NCBI GenBank assembly: GCA_902792535.1
Contig: CADAZU010000007.1
Coordinates: 5,968-69,967 of the forward strand
Direction: 5' to 3'
DNA length: 64,000 nucleotides
Source: an uncultured Bacteroidales bacterium
Lineage (GTDB): Bacteria > Bacteroidota > Bacteroidia > Bacteroidales > Paludibacteraceae
Part shown: one piece after another, positions 28,217 to 36,898 of the stretch
How the letters are laid out: each line of letters begins with the position of its first letter
Position numbering within the stretch: position 1 is the first letter of the stretch
The notes under the pieces: generated by a model
What the model saw: only the letters and a program-made list of their open reading frames with translations
What the model was told of the DNA's origin: nothing
Database searches by the model: none
Translations under genes and position numbers: made by a program

Positions 28217-28382
28217 GGGGGTATTGTGGGGGTATTGTCGTCCTAAGGTGGTCGCGTGTTGGTCGGGAGATGATCCCGTGATGGTCGGGAGATGCTCCCG
28301 TGATGGTCGCGTTGGCAACCCGATATTCTATGCACAAGACATAGTATATGGTCGCAAATATGGTCGCAAATATGGTCGCAAA
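28217..28382. repeat. Cluster of direct repeats: 2 x 11 bp (GGGGGTATTGT), 2 x 22 bp (GGTCGGGAGATGNTCCCGTGAT), 3 x 12 bp (TATGGTCGCAAA)
   Basis: Read directly. Seven copies of a (T/G)GGTCG(C/G) core occur within about 135 bp (28250..28382). Confidence 0.9.
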
Positions 28383-28414
28383 ATCCTGCAAATAGCAAAA
28401 TAAAATAGATTTTA

Positions 28415-28446
28415 CTTGCGTATGTGGATTTTTTGTAGTAATTTTG
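28415..28446 (+). promoter_or_regulatory. Promoter (cTTG-N20-TAatTTTG) for the 28490 lipoprotein gene
   Basis: TAatTTTG at 28439..28446, TTG at 28416..28418. Confidence 0.55.
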
Positions 28447-28489
28447 CAGTCGCAAATTGTGTGGTACATTTGAAGAAACAGTGGATGAT

Positions 28490-28945
28490 ATGAAAAAACA
28501 ATTATTTTTATGCCTGATTGCCGCAATGGCAATGGCATTCACGGCTTGTAGTAATAATGAGTCGCAGTTGAAGAAACGCACCGTAGATCTGGCCGTTCAA
28601 TCCAGTCAATGGGAGTTTGACCAGGATGTGAACCAGTATTATTGCCATTTCAATGTGCCGGAACTGACCGCACAAATCTATAACTACGGCGAAGTGAGTG
28701 TGAACCGCGAGTACAACAGCGGCTCAAAGAATGTCTATCAGGTGGCTCTGCCGGAGACGAGCTACAAAGTGGAATACGAGGTAGATGAGAATGACTCCGT
28801 CATCAACACGTTCTACTATGCGCAGCATATAGACTATGCGTATGGCGTCGGGTTTGTAGAGGTATTCTACACGATCTCGGATTATTTCTACCCGGATGGT
28901 TTTGCGCCGGAAGGGATGCTGTTCCGGTTGCAGATGACATACTAA
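28490..28945 (+). CDS. Hypothetical lipoprotein
   Basis: Start set to the ATG at 28490 (MKKQLFLCLIAAMAMAFTAC...). 151 aa. No family recognised. Confidence 0.65.
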   Translation: MKKQLFLCLIAAMAMAFTACSNNESQLKKRTVDLAVQSSQWEFDQDVNQYYCHFNVPELTAQIYNYGEVSVNREYNSGSKNVYQVALPETSYKVEYEVDENDSVINTFYYAQHIDYAYGVGFVEVFYTISDYFYPDGFAPEGMLFRLQMTY

Positions 28946-28986
28946 GGTGCTTGGTGGTTTTTAAGAATATAAACATAGATAAACCC

Positions 28987-29041
28987 TTTTAAATGCTTTA
29001 AAGCTACGCTTTTTGTGTGCTTGCGGGTAAAGCATTTAAAA
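28987..29041 (+). promoter_or_regulatory. 14-bp perfect inverted repeat (TTTTAAATGCTTTA ... TAAAGCATTTAAAA) enclosing the putative start of the DAHP synthase gene
   Basis: Arms at 28987..29000 and 29028..29041 with a 27-nt loop. The loop contains the only in-frame GTG/TTG starts (29015, 29021). The left arm also overlaps a local palindrome GCTTTAAAGC. Confidence 0.4.
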
Positions 29042-30127
29042 GCAATAAACATAAATAAAAATATTATCGGTCAACCGATTTACATAGTAGGACCGTGCGC
29101 GGCGGAGAGTCGCGAACAAGTGTTGGAGACTGCACGGGAACTGGCGGCTATCAGCCAAGAGTTTCCGGCATTCCGTTTTATTTTTCGCGCGGGCGCATGG
29201 AAACCGCGCACGAGCCCGCACACGTTTCAAGGTGTAGGCGAAGAGGCACTGACATGGCTGGCGGAGGCGAAGATGCTGTTTGACATGGATGTTGCGACAG
29301 AAGTGGCAACGCCGGAGCATGTGCGCAAAGCCATTGCCGCAGGAATGGATTACCTATGGATCGGTGCGCGGACGAGCGCAAACCCGATGGCGGTGGAGGC
29401 GATAGCGAAAGCTATTGCAGACCGCGATGCTGCAAGACCATCACAAAGTGACTGTAAGATAAAAGGTATTCTGATCAAGAATCCGGTGAATGAGGATGCG
29501 AAGTTATGGATCGGTAATATAGAGCGGTTGGAGAAGACAGGGGTGCCTGTGATTGCCGTTCACCGAGGCTGCGGACACCAGCCATGCTGGAGGATGGCGC
29601 ACCAAGTGCGACTCGCACGACCGGACATACCGATGTTATTAGACCCAAGCCACATGAGCGGCGACGCAGCCAAAGTGCCGGAGCTGATGCAGATGATTCC
29701 GCAGTTAGGGCTGGACGGCGCGATGGTGGAGGTGCATTGCAATCCTGCGGAGGCGTTGTCCGACGCCAAGCAGCAGATAACGCCGGAGGCGTTGGCAAAC
29801 CTCACCCCGCCCTCTCCTCAAGAGAGGGAGCCAAGAGAGGGAGGTTTGAGAGAGAGAAAAAATACCGAGCTCAATTGGCTCAGGGCGGAGATAGATGAGT
29901 TGGACGACAAGTTATGGGACACCATCGCGGCACGAATGGATGTCAGCCGGCGGATCGGCGAATGGAAAAAAGCCAACGGCGTTGCCCCACTCCAGCCCGG
30001 GCGATATGAAGAGATCGTGGAAAGACTAAAAGCCCCCCAGCCCCCTGAAGGGGGAGGGTTGCGGACGGAGTTTAAGTTGGCATTATGGGAACTGATCCAC
30101 GAGGAGAGTTTGCGGCAGCAAGAATAA
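29015..30127 (+). CDS. Bifunctional 3-deoxy-7-phosphoheptulonate synthase / chorismate mutase type II
   Basis: ...IVGPCAAESREQVLETAREL..., FRAGAWKPRTSP, LWIGARTS, VIAVHRG, LLDPSHMSG, then the CM domain LNWLRAEIDELDDKLWDTIAARMDVSRRIGEWK. The start codon is uncertain because there is no in-frame ATG. Two GC-rich element insertions lie in-frame. Confidence 0.88.
   Translation: MCLRVKHLKAININKNIIGQPIYIVGPCAAESREQVLETARELAAISQEFPAFRFIFRAGAWKPRTSPHTFQGVGEEALTWLAEAKMLFDMDVATEVATPEHVRKAIAAGMDYLWIGARTSANPMAVEAIAKAIADRDAARPSQSDCKIKGILIKNPVNEDAKLWIGNIERLEKTGVPVIAVHRGCGHQPCWRMAHQVRLARPDIPMLLDPSHMSGDAAKVPELMQMIPQLGLDGAMVEVHCNPAEALSDAKQQITPEALANLTPPSPQEREPREGGLRERKNTELNWLRAEIDELDDKLWDTIAARMDVSRRIGEWKKANGVAPLQPGRYEEIVERLKAPQPPEGGGLRTEFKLALWELIHEESLRQQE
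29800..29856. repeat. GC-rich hairpin element (CCTCACCCCGCCCTCTCCTCAAGAGAGGGAG...) in-frame in the DAHPS-CM linker
   Basis: Stem CCCTCTC/GAGAGGG with loop CTCAA, then a partial duplication CCAAGAGAGGGAGG. Encodes ...LTPPSPQEREPREGGLRERK.... Confidence 0.75.
30033..30060. repeat. GC-rich hairpin element (CCCCCCAGCCCCCTGAAGGGGGAGGGTT) in-frame in the chorismate mutase domain
   Basis: Stem CCCCC/GGGGG with loop TGAA. Encodes ...KAPQPPEGGGLR.... Confidence 0.75.
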
Positions 30128-30155
30128 TGAATAAAAATAAAGAATAGAGAATATT

Positions 30156-33005
30156 TTGAAGAATTTAAGGTACATAGTTATTTTGATCTTGTGCTTCGCC
30201 GGGATGGCGAGTGCGCAGGAGGTGACGAGCATATCGGGTACGGTAGTGGACGGCGACACAGGCGAGACGCTGCCGTTCGTGCAGATATACTTCCTCAAAT
30301 CCACCACCAGCAAAGGTATGATCGCTTCGGAAGTCGGCACGACATCCGATATAGACGGTAATTTCACGATCTCAAACAGTCTGGGTTATAACACGCTGAA
30401 TTTCCAGATGTTGGGTTACAAGACCGAGATGCTGACTTTGCGTAAGGGTCAGAGCCGTAAGAACGTGAAAGTCAAACTGACGCCGGATGTGTATGGTCTG
30501 CAGGATATCGTAGTGACCCCGAAACACCGCAAACGGGACTACAAACGCAAAGGTAACCCTGCTGTCGAGTTGATTAAGAATGTGATTGCTCACAAGGACT
30601 CGTTCTGCGTGACGACCGCAGAACAATACACGGCGAAGAGTTACAGCCGTATGTCTTTTGCGCTGGATAACATCAAGGTGAACTGGAACAAGCCGTTCTG
30701 GAAAGATTTCGCTTTCGTGAAGAAATACATCGACACGACGGGCGTATATCCGAACGTGACGGTTTCCATCCGCGAGCACCTGAACACGGAGTATTACCAG
30801 CGCAAGCCGCACCGCGAGAAGAAAGTGCTGGACAAGAAACGTATTTTCGGTATCGAGAGCGTGATCGGTTCGCAGTCCTTCCAGCAGAACATCAATGCTA
30901 TCTTCAAAGACGTGGATATCAACGACAACAGCATGAACCTGCTGTTTAACCGTTTCGTTTCGCCGCTGAGCAGCACGCTCGCCGTGACTTTCTATCAATA
31001 CTACATCATGGACACGATCATGGTGGACGGTTATCCGTGTATCGACCTTGCGTTCGTGCCGGTGAACTCGGAGAGTTACGGTTTCACGGGTCACCTCTAT
31101 ATCGTGAACGACTCTACATTCCGACTCAAGAAATACGCGATCAATATCCCGCCGGACATCAACCTCAATTTCGTGAGCAATTTCTCGATTGAGCACAGTT
31201 ACAAGCAGTTGGAGAACGGTCTTTGGGCACCGGACAGAACGAGCACTTACGCCAAATTCTATATCATCAACAACAAACGCGGCATGTTAGCCCGCCAGAC
31301 CAAGATCTACACGGGTTGGGACATGGAGACGCCGATAGCGAAAGAGACTTTCTCGAACCTGACAGGCCCAGAGACGGAAGTGAACGACTCGACCGCCGAG
31401 GTGGTATGGGAGGGTCAATGGACCGACGAGATGCGTCCCGAGCCGCTGACCAAGTATGAGAGTTCGGTAGTGGACCTTGTGCGCGAGTTCACCAACACGC
31501 CGAAGTTCAACAGTCTTGCGCTTTTCGTCAATGCCGTGACGACGGAGTATATCCCGACCCGGAAAGCTGAGTTTATGTATCTCAGTAAGTTCGATTTCGG
31601 ACCGATCTATAACTTCGTGAGCTGGAACATGTTAGAGGGCGTTCGTCTGCGTGTAGGCGGCGGATCCACGGCACGGTTGCACGACCAGTTCTTCTTCCGC
31701 GGGTATGTCGCTTTCGGCACCAAAGACCTGCTGCCGAAATACAGCGCCACGTTCGTCTATACATTCGACAAACACAAAGACCAGCCGTACGACGGACTGC
31801 GGCATCACCTGCAACTGATGGCTCAATACGACGTAGAGGAGCCGGGTCAGGTGAATGACGTGGTACGAAGGGATAATATATTGATGTCCATTCCGACGAG
31901 CACGCCGACCATGCCATTTGCGCAGTATGTGTTCCACGCGAAGGCGGAGTATATGAAAGAATGGCGGAACAACCTGATGCTGAAGACCACTTTCGATTTC
32001 ACCAACAACCGCGCTGCGGGATCGCTCCGTTACGACCGCGTGGACTATACCCAGCATATCAACGGCACAGACACCACCTTTACCCGCTCGCTGAGCAATA
32101 TCGGTTCGTACCGCAACTACGAGGGTGTATTTGAGTTGGAGTACTCGCCGGGCTCTATGATCGGTATAGACCGCGAGGGAATCAAGAACCCTTGGGGTCT
32201 GGAAAAAGATGCTCCGACGATCAACCTGCGCCACACCGTGGGTTACCTGGACGACCGCCACAACGGAGGCACCGGATTCCTCTACAACAAGACGGAGATC
32301 ATGTTTGACAAACGGTTCTGGTTCTCGGCTTTCGGTCACTTAGATCTGCGTATCAAGACCGGCATGCTCTGGCAGAAAGCGCCGTTCACCAAGTTGCATA
32401 TCCCCGAGACGAGCACCAGTATCCTATTGGGTCAGCGGAGTTTCAACCTGATGAAACCGATGGAGTTTATGATGGACGAGTATGTATCGCTTTTCGCCAC
32501 CTATTATTTCAAGGGCTGGATCATGAACCGCATCCCGGGTATCAACAAACTGAAGCTGCGCGGCGTAGTCAGCTTCGCCGGCGTGTATGGCGGTTTGACG
32601 AAGAAGAACAATCCGTATCTGGAGACAAGCAATGGTCTGTACGATTTCCCGCACACGGCATGGGAGAACGGTATTGTGGACAATGCCTTTGACCAGCTAG
32701 GTTATATCAAAGACGGCTACCGCACTTCTTCACCGATCGGCAAACTGCCGTATCTGGAGATCACAGCGGGATTTGAGAACATCCTCAAATTCATCCGTAT
32801 CGACTATATCCGCCGTATTACCTACAACGACTACGAGTTGCCGTATATGATCCAGAAGATGGAGATGGTGGATCCGATGCGTCCTACGATGGGTTACAAG
32901 CCCGCGGTGGACGAAAACGGCGACCCGATCATGATCCATGGACGCAGACGTATCGCCGCATGGGGACGAAACGGAGTAAAATTAACAGTCAGAATTTCGT
33001 TATAA
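30156..33005 (+). CDS. DUF5686-like protein with N-terminal carboxypeptidase-regulatory-like domain
   Basis: 949 aa with a TTG start and signal peptide MKNLRYIVILILCFAGMASAQE. ISGTVVDGDTGETLPFVQIYF...DIDGNFTI is CarboxypepD_reg-like. The large C-terminal region matches my memory of Bacteroidetes DUF5686 proteins. Confidence 0.65.
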   Translation: MKNLRYIVILILCFAGMASAQEVTSISGTVVDGDTGETLPFVQIYFLKSTTSKGMIASEVGTTSDIDGNFTISNSLGYNTLNFQMLGYKTEMLTLRKGQSRKNVKVKLTPDVYGLQDIVVTPKHRKRDYKRKGNPAVELIKNVIAHKDSFCVTTAEQYTAKSYSRMSFALDNIKVNWNKPFWKDFAFVKKYIDTTGVYPNVTVSIREHLNTEYYQRKPHREKKVLDKKRIFGIESVIGSQSFQQNINAIFKDVDINDNSMNLLFNRFVSPLSSTLAVTFYQYYIMDTIMVDGYPCIDLAFVPVNSESYGFTGHLYIVNDSTFRLKKYAINIPPDINLNFVSNFSIEHSYKQLENGLWAPDRTSTYAKFYIINNKRGMLARQTKIYTGWDMETPIAKETFSNLTGPETEVNDSTAEVVWEGQWTDEMRPEPLTKYESSVVDLVREFTNTPKFNSLALFVNAVTTEYIPTRKAEFMYLSKFDFGPIYNFVSWNMLEGVRLRVGGGSTARLHDQFFFRGYVAFGTKDLLPKYSATFVYTFDKHKDQPYDGLRHHLQLMAQYDVEEPGQVNDVVRRDNILMSIPTSTPTMPFAQYVFHAKAEYMKEWRNNLMLKTTFDFTNNRAAGSLRYDRVDYTQHINGTDTTFTRSLSNIGSYRNYEGVFELEYSPGSMIGIDREGIKNPWGLEKDAPTINLRHTVGYLDDRHNGGTGFLYNKTEIMFDKRFWFSAFGHLDLRIKTGMLWQKAPFTKLHIPETSTSILLGQRSFNLMKPMEFMMDEYVSLFATYYFKGWIMNRIPGINKLKLRGVVSFAGVYGGLTKKNNPYLETSNGLYDFPHTAWENGIVDNAFDQLGYIKDGYRTSSPIGKLPYLEITAGFENILKFIRIDYIRRITYNDYELPYMIQKMEMVDPMRPTMGYKPAVDENGDPIMIHGRRRIAAWGRNGVKLTVRISL

Positions 33006-33008
33006 GCC

Positions 33009-33788
33009 ATGAAAAAGATCGTATTAATATTGAGTATTGCGGTCCTGTCTCTCAGCCTGAGGGCTCAGAGTCGGGATGTCAAGATCCAGCAGTCGTTGGA
33101 TGAAGCGAAGGCTAAGTTAGTGGAGTTCAATACCGAGCACATGATCGATTCGCTGGATCAGGAGAAGTTACCCCGGTTGGTATCCGGCGGTTTGTTAGCG
33201 AACGCGAACATGAGCAATTTTATCATCACCCGGAACCACAAGCCGATGAGTTCGTACATGCACGTAGGCGGCGAGTTAGGCGGATTCATGGATTTCCGAA
33301 TCACCAAGCATTTCTCGATCCAACCGCAAGTGATCTTCACAGCGCACCAGAACTACTTCGCAGCGACCGACACAGCAAACCATTTATGGTCATTCGGAAT
33401 GGACATACCGGTCTATTTCCTGGGCCGATTCGGCAATATGGAAAAAGGCTATATCCAGTTCGGCGGTGGCATTTTCACCCATTTCACCTTTGCGTCCAAT
33501 ATCCGCAACAAATACAAGAATGTAGATGAATCAGCCTCTGTGACCCCACCCGTCACCCCGACCGACACACACGACTACAGCAAACTATACAGTCTGCACG
33601 ACAACCATTTCGGTGTAGCCGTGACGGTGGGGTACGAGTTCCCGATAGGCATTCAGATCAATGCCCACTACAAAGTCAGCCTGTCCGACATCGCAGGATT
33701 CTACAAGGAATACAAAGGTCAGGAGATTGCCGACGCAGTGATCTACCCGCAGTCCGTTTCGTTAGGAATCGGGTACAGGTGGAAATAG
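33009..33788 (+). CDS. Outer-membrane beta-barrel (porin-family-like) protein
   Basis: 259 aa with a signal peptide. Alternating beta-strand pattern ending ...SVSLGIGYRWK. Confidence 0.6.
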   Translation: MKKIVLILSIAVLSLSLRAQSRDVKIQQSLDEAKAKLVEFNTEHMIDSLDQEKLPRLVSGGLLANANMSNFIITRNHKPMSSYMHVGGELGGFMDFRITKHFSIQPQVIFTAHQNYFAATDTANHLWSFGMDIPVYFLGRFGNMEKGYIQFGGGIFTHFTFASNIRNKYKNVDESASVTPPVTPTDTHDYSKLYSLHDNHFGVAVTVGYEFPIGIQINAHYKVSLSDIAGFYKEYKGQEIADAVIYPQSVSLGIGYRWK

Positions 33789-33791
33789 CCG

Positions 33792-34568
33792 TCAGCAGCG
33801 GTGAAAGAACCGATAAACCGGTAAGAAAAAGCGGAGCCAGCGGCGGTAGGAGGCAGGGAGGATGAAGGGTTGGATCGCCGCATTGCGGATCGAGCAAGCC
33901 ACCCAATAACGCCTGATAGCCTTTCCCTCCGGATAGCGCATCAGATACGCCCTTGCTTCATTACGAGCAAGGGTGTTTTTATGTACGTCTCCCTTGGGAT
34001 GGGTGATAGAGAGGCGGTCGTCAATCTCGCAGCGCAAACCCCAATGGCGCGCATAGAAACACGCCACGAGATCCAGTCCCCAGCCATGCGGATTGATGTC
34101 CAGCGGCTCCAACTGCTTATACACCGGCGCAGCATACATGCCTAACATACCTTCCGCAAAAGCGACGGCTCTGCGTCCTCCGCTATGGCGCGAATAGGAC
34201 CATGCCACCCACGTATAAGAGTCGTCCGCATGAGAGGGACAATAGACACCCACCTCTTCGAAAGACTCGGAGAGCAAGATATCCTTGAGTTGCATCAGCG
34301 CCTCATGCGACATCAGGACATCCGAGCAGATGAAGAACAGATAGGGGTAATGTCCCTTGTCCGCCATGGTGATTGCATGGTGCATCATGCCGGAATAGAA
34401 GACATTAGGCAAATAGACCGTGTCGCCGCCGCAAGGATCAGGCTTCTCGCCACTATCCGCGTCTATGATATGACATTCAAAGAACGGACGGAGCTCGCGA
34501 TAGAGGAACTCCGCGTTAGCGGCTTCATGGTAATTGAAGATACAGAAAAGGATCTCACTTGCTTGCAT
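33792..34568 (-). CDS. Hypothetical protein, possibly a GT-A-fold glycosyltransferase
   Basis: 258 aa, last gene of the GT28/flippase-like unit (14-nt overlap). N-terminal ILFCIFNYHE... and ...LFFICSDVL... resemble a GT-A beta1 strand and DxD-like region. Weak call. Confidence 0.4.
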   Translation of the reverse strand: MQASEILFCIFNYHEAANAEFLYRELRPFFECHIIDADSGEKPDPCGGDTVYLPNVFYSGMMHHAITMADKGHYPYLFFICSDVLMSHEALMQLKDILLSESFEEVGVYCPSHADDSYTWVAWSYSRHSGGRRAVAFAEGMLGMYAAPVYKQLEPLDINPHGWGLDLVACFYARHWGLRCEIDDRLSITHPKGDVHKNTLARNEARAYLMRYPEGKAIRRYWVACSIRNAAIQPFILPASYRRWLRFFLPVYRFFHRC

Positions 34569-35637
34569 TGCGTTTACGGATTAGTTTGCTTTTTCCGAGC
34601 CACTGCGGCAGGATGATCACACCAGCGATCAGGTAATAATAATAGGTGCATAGACGCCAGATCGAGGTAATGACCACCGTGGACATCTTCTGGGTAATAA
34701 ATTCGCCCAAGAAGCCATCGAACATCACTTCGGCAAATCCGCTGCCGCCCGGCGTAGGAACGATCATACAGACGATACCCAAGATATACTGGCGCGCGAA
34801 ACACATCAGGTTATCCGCTCCTGTCAAGGGATTGAAGATCATGATTGCCATATTAGCTATAAGGAAGCGGAAGCCCCATATACCTATTGTCGAGAGCGCC
34901 ATGCGCACCCAATAGCCGGCAGACTCATGCTGTATCTCCCGCGCACACTGACGCAGTTCGACCGCCGTACGCAGCGCGCGGTAGCGATAGCGGCGCAGGA
35001 ACTTCAGCGAGAAGACAGTCCCAATGATTTTCACCAAAATAATGGACTTGCAAAACAGACCAATGAAGAGCATGGTGACCCATACGAACTTCATCACATA
35101 TCCGATGATAAACGCCCAGAGATAGCCGTATTGGAAATAGCCATCGGCAGTAAACATTTCGCCATAAGGGATGAGTAGTAGCAGGACAGGGAAGAGGACG
35201 ATCATGAACATTTCGTCCAAGAAGAGTGCCAAGATCGTCATTGACGTAGCACGACTGACCTTAATCCCCTCGCGGTGGACAAAGATGACCTCCAGCGACG
35301 AGCCTCCCGCGGCAGAAGGAGTGACCGCCGAAGTGAACTCATAGAGCATCCGGATGCGGAAGAGCTGGCTGAACTTGAGCGGTGCGCCGGACATCACCCG
35401 AAGGCGGTACATGCCGGAGAAATCCTTAAAGAGCGTGAAGAGTACAACCAATAAGGCGAACACCCACCAATGGTCGGCAAGGGTGATCGGTCCCTGCGGG
35501 ATGTCGTCGTGCATCTCGCGCCAGAGCATATACCCCACTCCGATCAGACCGAACAGGATCGGCCAGATGACCATTGAGGGCTTGAAGCGCGAAGCTACAG
35601 AGCGGTTTTCGGAAACTGTTTTATTGGTGTTGCTCAT
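34555..35637 (-). CDS. UPF0104 / lysylphosphatidylglycerol-synthase-TM-region-like (flippase-like) integral membrane protein
   Basis: 360 aa with about 8 predicted TM helices. ...VPTPGGSGFAEVMF... resembles the conserved PGG.G motif of this family. Confidence 0.6.
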   Translation of the reverse strand: MSNTNKTVSENRSVASRFKPSMVIWPILFGLIGVGYMLWREMHDDIPQGPITLADHWWVFALLVVLFTLFKDFSGMYRLRVMSGAPLKFSQLFRIRMLYEFTSAVTPSAAGGSSLEVIFVHREGIKVSRATSMTILALFLDEMFMIVLFPVLLLLIPYGEMFTADGYFQYGYLWAFIIGYVMKFVWVTMLFIGLFCKSIILVKIIGTVFSLKFLRRYRYRALRTAVELRQCAREIQHESAGYWVRMALSTIGIWGFRFLIANMAIMIFNPLTGADNLMCFARQYILGIVCMIVPTPGGSGFAEVMFDGFLGEFITQKMSTVVITSIWRLCTYYYYLIAGVIILPQWLGKSKLIRKRNASK

Positions 35638-35643
35638 CGGATG

Positions 35644-36807
35644 TCAGGCTTCGTAGGTTTGTATAAATTTCGCGATATTGACGGCGCCGTTGCCTTCATT
35701 ACGGATGGCTTCCTCCGCCTCCTTATAGATATCAAGGATAGCGGGATCCGAGACGCACTCGTTCACCCACCGTACGATCCGGTGCGACTGGGTAAAGAAC
35801 CGTCCGCAGTTAAGGACCGAGGTAAAGAGGTGCATTGATTCATATTCGATATTGGATGCACAATAGAACACGCCAATAGGCACTCCCATGAGGGCGCTGT
35901 CCAGCATGGCGTTCGGTCCACCTTTGGTCAGAAGCACATCCGAGGCGCGGTTGAGTTCATAGACCTTCGGCACAAACTCATAGGGGCGCAGGTCAATCTT
36001 CGGAGCAACTTTCTCCCGGAGCTTCATCAGACGGCGGTAGAGCCGTTTGTTCGTGCCGCAGATAGCAATCAGAGTAATCGGATATTTGACATGCATAAGC
36101 AATGCCATTACTACCCTGCTCATGCCGGAGCGGCCATACCCTCCTGCCGCCACCATGACGGTAAAACGGTCTTGGGGCAACTCATATTTAGTACGATAGA
36201 ACGCTTTGTTCTCCGTCACGTCCATGATCTCCTTGCGGGTCACAAAAGGAACAATCATCAACTGCTTGCGGGTAAAATCATGATGAAGCGCGTCGTGGAA
36301 AGCCAGACGACAGTTGACAACAAACTTATCCACCCGGATATTCCACCAGTTATGGACATTGTTATCGGGATCGTAGGTGACCACCTTCACATGCGGATCC
36401 ACCATGTCGCGATACTGGGTAGCCAAGAAGGAAGTAAGGTAATGGGTATCTATGATAATATCCGGCTGAATCTCCCGTAGGATTTCAAAGTAAGCCTTTC
36501 GCTGGCGACGGTAGAATGTACTGACCACAAAGGGCAGAGAGTTATGAATGCCGAAGATATGGGTCGCCGCCATCTGGATATAGTTATGCCAAGGAAACGT
36601 ATTCGCCCACTTGACGTCCCGGATAAACTGTTTCTCCAGTTTAAGCAAGGAAGGATGAGCCTGGAACGTATATTTGCGGATTAGCTCTATATTGGGGTCG
36701 TGGAGCGCCTCAATAGCGTCCGCAATAGAGTTCGCCGTCGTAATATGTCCAAACCCCGCCTCAATATATGTCACCAGCACGCGTTTCTTGGTATGTTTTT
36801 CAGCCAT
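35644..36807 (-). CDS. MGDG-synthase-like glycosyltransferase (GT28 family)
   Basis: 387 aa. N-terminal RVLVTYIEAGFGHITTANSIADAI is typical of the monogalactosyl/monoglucosyl-diacylglycerol synthase family. C-terminal ...LLTKGGPNAMLDSALMGVP.... Confidence 0.7.
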   Translation of the reverse strand: MAEKHTKKRVLVTYIEAGFGHITTANSIADAIEALHDPNIELIRKYTFQAHPSLLKLEKQFIRDVKWANTFPWHNYIQMAATHIFGIHNSLPFVVSTFYRRQRKAYFEILREIQPDIIIDTHYLTSFLATQYRDMVDPHVKVVTYDPDNNVHNWWNIRVDKFVVNCRLAFHDALHHDFTRKQLMIVPFVTRKEIMDVTENKAFYRTKYELPQDRFTVMVAAGGYGRSGMSRVVMALLMHVKYPITLIAICGTNKRLYRRLMKLREKVAPKIDLRPYEFVPKVYELNRASDVLLTKGGPNAMLDSALMGVPIGVFYCASNIEYESMHLFTSVLNCGRFFTQSHRIVRWVNECVSDPAILDIYKEAEEAIRNEGNGAVNIAKFIQTYEA

Positions 36808-36836
36808 ATCTATTTACACAGATTTACTTTGGGCTG

Positions 36837-36868
36837 CAAAGGTACGAAAAAAATCCCACATACGCAAA
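36837..36868 (-). promoter_or_regulatory. Canonical promoter (TTTG-N20-TAccTTTG) for the GT28-like gene
   Basis: The -7 box is the reverse complement of 36837..36844. The -33 is the reverse complement of 36865..36868 and lies in the loop of the upstream terminator hairpin. Confidence 0.6.
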
Positions 36869-36885
36869 TATATGTGGGATTTTTT
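36848..36885 (-). terminator. Intrinsic terminator after the GT4 gene
   Basis: Perfect 15-bp inverted repeat AAAAAATCCCACATA / TATGTGGGATTTTTT with an 8-nt loop. The minus-strand RNA ends in a U run. Confidence 0.7.
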
Positions 36886-36898
36886 CTCAATTAGGCAT

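Noticed and set aside
27291-28538. The 415-aa track ORF as an intact gene
   Set aside because: The first ~140 codons read through tandem repeats (…DFATIFATIFATIY…) and across a + strand promoter. Only the middle resembles a known family, and the expected N- and C-terminal domains are missing. I call it a pseudogene fragment instead.
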